From: Eledone cirrhosa
Lineage: Eukaryota
Reading direction: 5' to 3'
Length of the DNA stretch: 64,000 nt
Assembly: GCA_964016885.1 (NCBI GenBank)
Contig: OZ024740.1
Span: forward strand, 223,572,001 to 223,636,000
Shown here: piece by piece, positions 61,401 to 64,000 of the stretch
How the letters are laid out: the number at the start of each line of letters is the position of its first letter
Numbering within the stretch: position 1 is the stretch's first letter
Program-made: the position numbers and the translations under genes
The notes under the pieces: model-generated
The model's database searches: none
What the model was told of the DNA's origin: nothing
The model's input: only the letters and a program-made list of their open reading frames with translations

Positions 61401-64000
61401 TATGAAAGAAACAATGATTACAAATAAGTTAACAATCAAATTTGAGTAAGAACTATATAATCTAAGATATTTCCGAAAACAAAACATTAACGAGAAGTAG
61501 ATAATCAAATAGCGAGTTGTAGACAGTAACTAGTAGTGAAAACTTAAGATAAGTTTGAAGATAGGTGGTAAATGAATTGTTTCTTGTTTAAATTATAGCT
61601 TGATTTCTTAATAGGAATACTACAGTTGTTATGTTATTAAATTGTGATTGCAAAACAAACTGCGTAACTATTCAGCCTGTGGACACAGCATAGGTGAATG
61701 AATAAGATGTTCACTTCACAATCATAATGTCTAAGATTCGATATCACCATGTGAATGAAACCTTATGAGTAAATTTGGAAGTCTTTCAGATGGATTGTAA
61801 TAGTAACTCAAATGACCAACCTTGTCACCTACTGTGTCACACTGAATATCCCTGGAAATTACATTCAGTGCACATGTCTTTGGAGTGCTCGGCCACTTGT
61901 ATCTTAGGCTGTTCTGTTGATTGAACAACTACAGCAATCATGGAAGAAACTGATGGATGCCCTTTCTATCCATTCCATTCCAGGTTATTAAATTGTGAGA
62001 TATTTTTCATCAAGTTTTGACTTCTTAATAGCATTTCTATAATTTGATGATATAGCCTCATTAACTTTCTTGTAAGCTTTCTTTGTATTGAGACAATATG
62101 GTCAGCTGCAAAGTTCATAGGCTGACCAAGATTCTCTCATAGAAGGAGATTATAGGGTTAATTTTCAACAAAGTCCCTGGAAAGAAACAATGCAGTTATT
62201 AAGAATAAGAATTGGAATTAATGCAAGCAAGATTTCACGGCTCTAGAATAAATATTTCATAGTCAGCCTATGAACATTTCAACTAGCTTTCATGTTTATA
62301 TGTAGATGCATATTCTTAAGATAGTGATCAGTTTTAGTTAGTATTGTGACACAGTCTAACATACAATAGTTTAATAAAACAACAGTTAATTATCTCTTTA
62401 TTTTGATGGCAAGTATTTGTTCACATTGATATATATTAGATGGACATAGACTTTTGACAAAATACCTTTGGTAAACCACTTCTTTTAAACCAAAGTCTTT
62501 TCATATTACAAACCACATTTGAGCTACCAAATGTTTCCACAATGTTTAGCATAACAGGCTACATATAACATAATTCAACATAGTTGAATGTTTCTAAGAT
62601 AGCAGGTTACTCAAATAAGATTTAGTGGATATAGCTATGAGAAGAACAAACTGTTTTATTAAGAACATATTGTTTATTATGTAATAATTTATTCTCACCT
62701 ATGTAAATTTAGACTATTTATAAAAGAATCTATTCCAAGTGATTCTTTTCTAAGCTGGAATGAGCTGAATACTTAATGTATTTCAATACAATCGAAAATC
62801 ATATTTCCTATCTAACTTCCTCTCTAGCATAAAGAAACAAATTCATATAACCCTTCCAAAAATTAATTATTTAAAAGTAAGTTTCCAGGTAAAATGTTGC
62901 CTTTATTTTCAGCTTAACTTTCTAATTTAATACTTCCTTTGAAACTGAATTTAACCCTTTGAAATTATATTTTTAATGAAATACACTGTATTTTAATTAA
63001 TTATGGAATAATTTAAAGAGAATTACTAAGTTTATTAACTATTAAGATGGTATGTTATACATAACTTAAGAAAATATTCTTATATCAAATTATATTGAAA
63101 GATTGCAATTTAAATAGGAACCCTTCAAGATGGGTGGTTTTGTTTCACAGAACAAGAGCTAGTTTGGGGCAGGTTTGGTGTAATACTGGTTAAACATACA
63201 TGTAGATATCTCATAGTATATAAAATAATTGGGATTTTATTTACCTGTTTGCAATAATTTTTCCATACACGTAAATAACATTGGACCATTCCTATGAGTT
63301 CAAATGTCCTTCATGGAATTTTCAGTTTGAGTAGCTTTCACTCCAGGGTCAGTCATGTTATCTCTTTACTTTATTTCGAAACAGCAAAGATGTTCTCTAA
63401 GTACTTTTTGAAAGAATTATTATAAAAAAAATCATTGTTTTCATTTCCTAACTTCTTTTACTTCAATTGTAACTCTTACTTTGATAGATGTCTTCGATAC
63501 CATCGGCCCTACTGTTGCTTATAGATCCATTATTGACCAACTATACTATCATTTCTTTCAGTGCTGCACTTACCATTGCCATCATTATTTTTTGCCATAC
63601 CACTTCCAATTGAACATCTCAGCCCCACCATCATTACTATTGCTCTAGATATTACAACTACCATTCTATATTACCCTTATCACCTCCAACATAAATGCTA
63701 GAGATATCATCAGTATAATTACTGATATGACACCATTACATACATAACTCACAAAATTACCATTATCAGCATTACTATTACCATTGGAACTAATAGCACT
63801 GTGGGCATATTTCTTCTTCCGCAGCTGCTACTACTACTACTACTCCATTTGCAGATGTTACTTCTTTTACTACAATTATAAATGGCTACTTGAAACATTA
63901 TTTTCAATGTTACATTTACTATTGCAGCCACCATTTAACTTTCCCCTCATTTAATAGCCTTAAATATTAAATGTTTTAAACTACTGGAATCCAATTTGGG

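Noticed and set aside
61731-62190. Possible minus-strand exon after ttgtttctttccag
   Set aside because: All three frames hit stops soon after the acceptor.

Overview
AT-rich, microsatellite-dense animal genomic DNA. The repeat style suggests a coleoid cephalopod such as Octopus, but this is inference only. No host protein-coding gene can be supported, and most listed ORFs are microsatellite artefacts. The flanks (1-17.4 kb, 41.4-64 kb) hold old SINEs, RTE and CRE LINE remnants and unique-looking DNA. The centre (17.4-41.4 kb) is a nested retroelement cluster embedded in (TA)n/(CA)n. It contains at least five Penelope-like element (PLE) coding remnants, many PLE pseudo-LTR/foldback units, CR1-like and R4/Dong-like LINE fragments, and a full-length but decayed 4.2-kb LTR retrotransposon. 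Three highlights stand out. (1) About 15 hammerhead-ribozyme motifs from several unrelated repeat families, including a textbook type I hammerhead (30192-30274) and a 420-bp tandem-plus-inverted non-coding hammerhead repeat resembling a retrozyme (57165-58358). (2) The LTR element has no TGG-type primer-binding site; the 12 nt abutting its 5' LTR are complementary to the 5' end of tRNA-Phe(GAA). (3) The same element keeps an intact G-GGA-AAC slippery site plus a predicted H-type pseudoknot at the gag-pol junction. All structures were paired by eye; no folding or database search was run.
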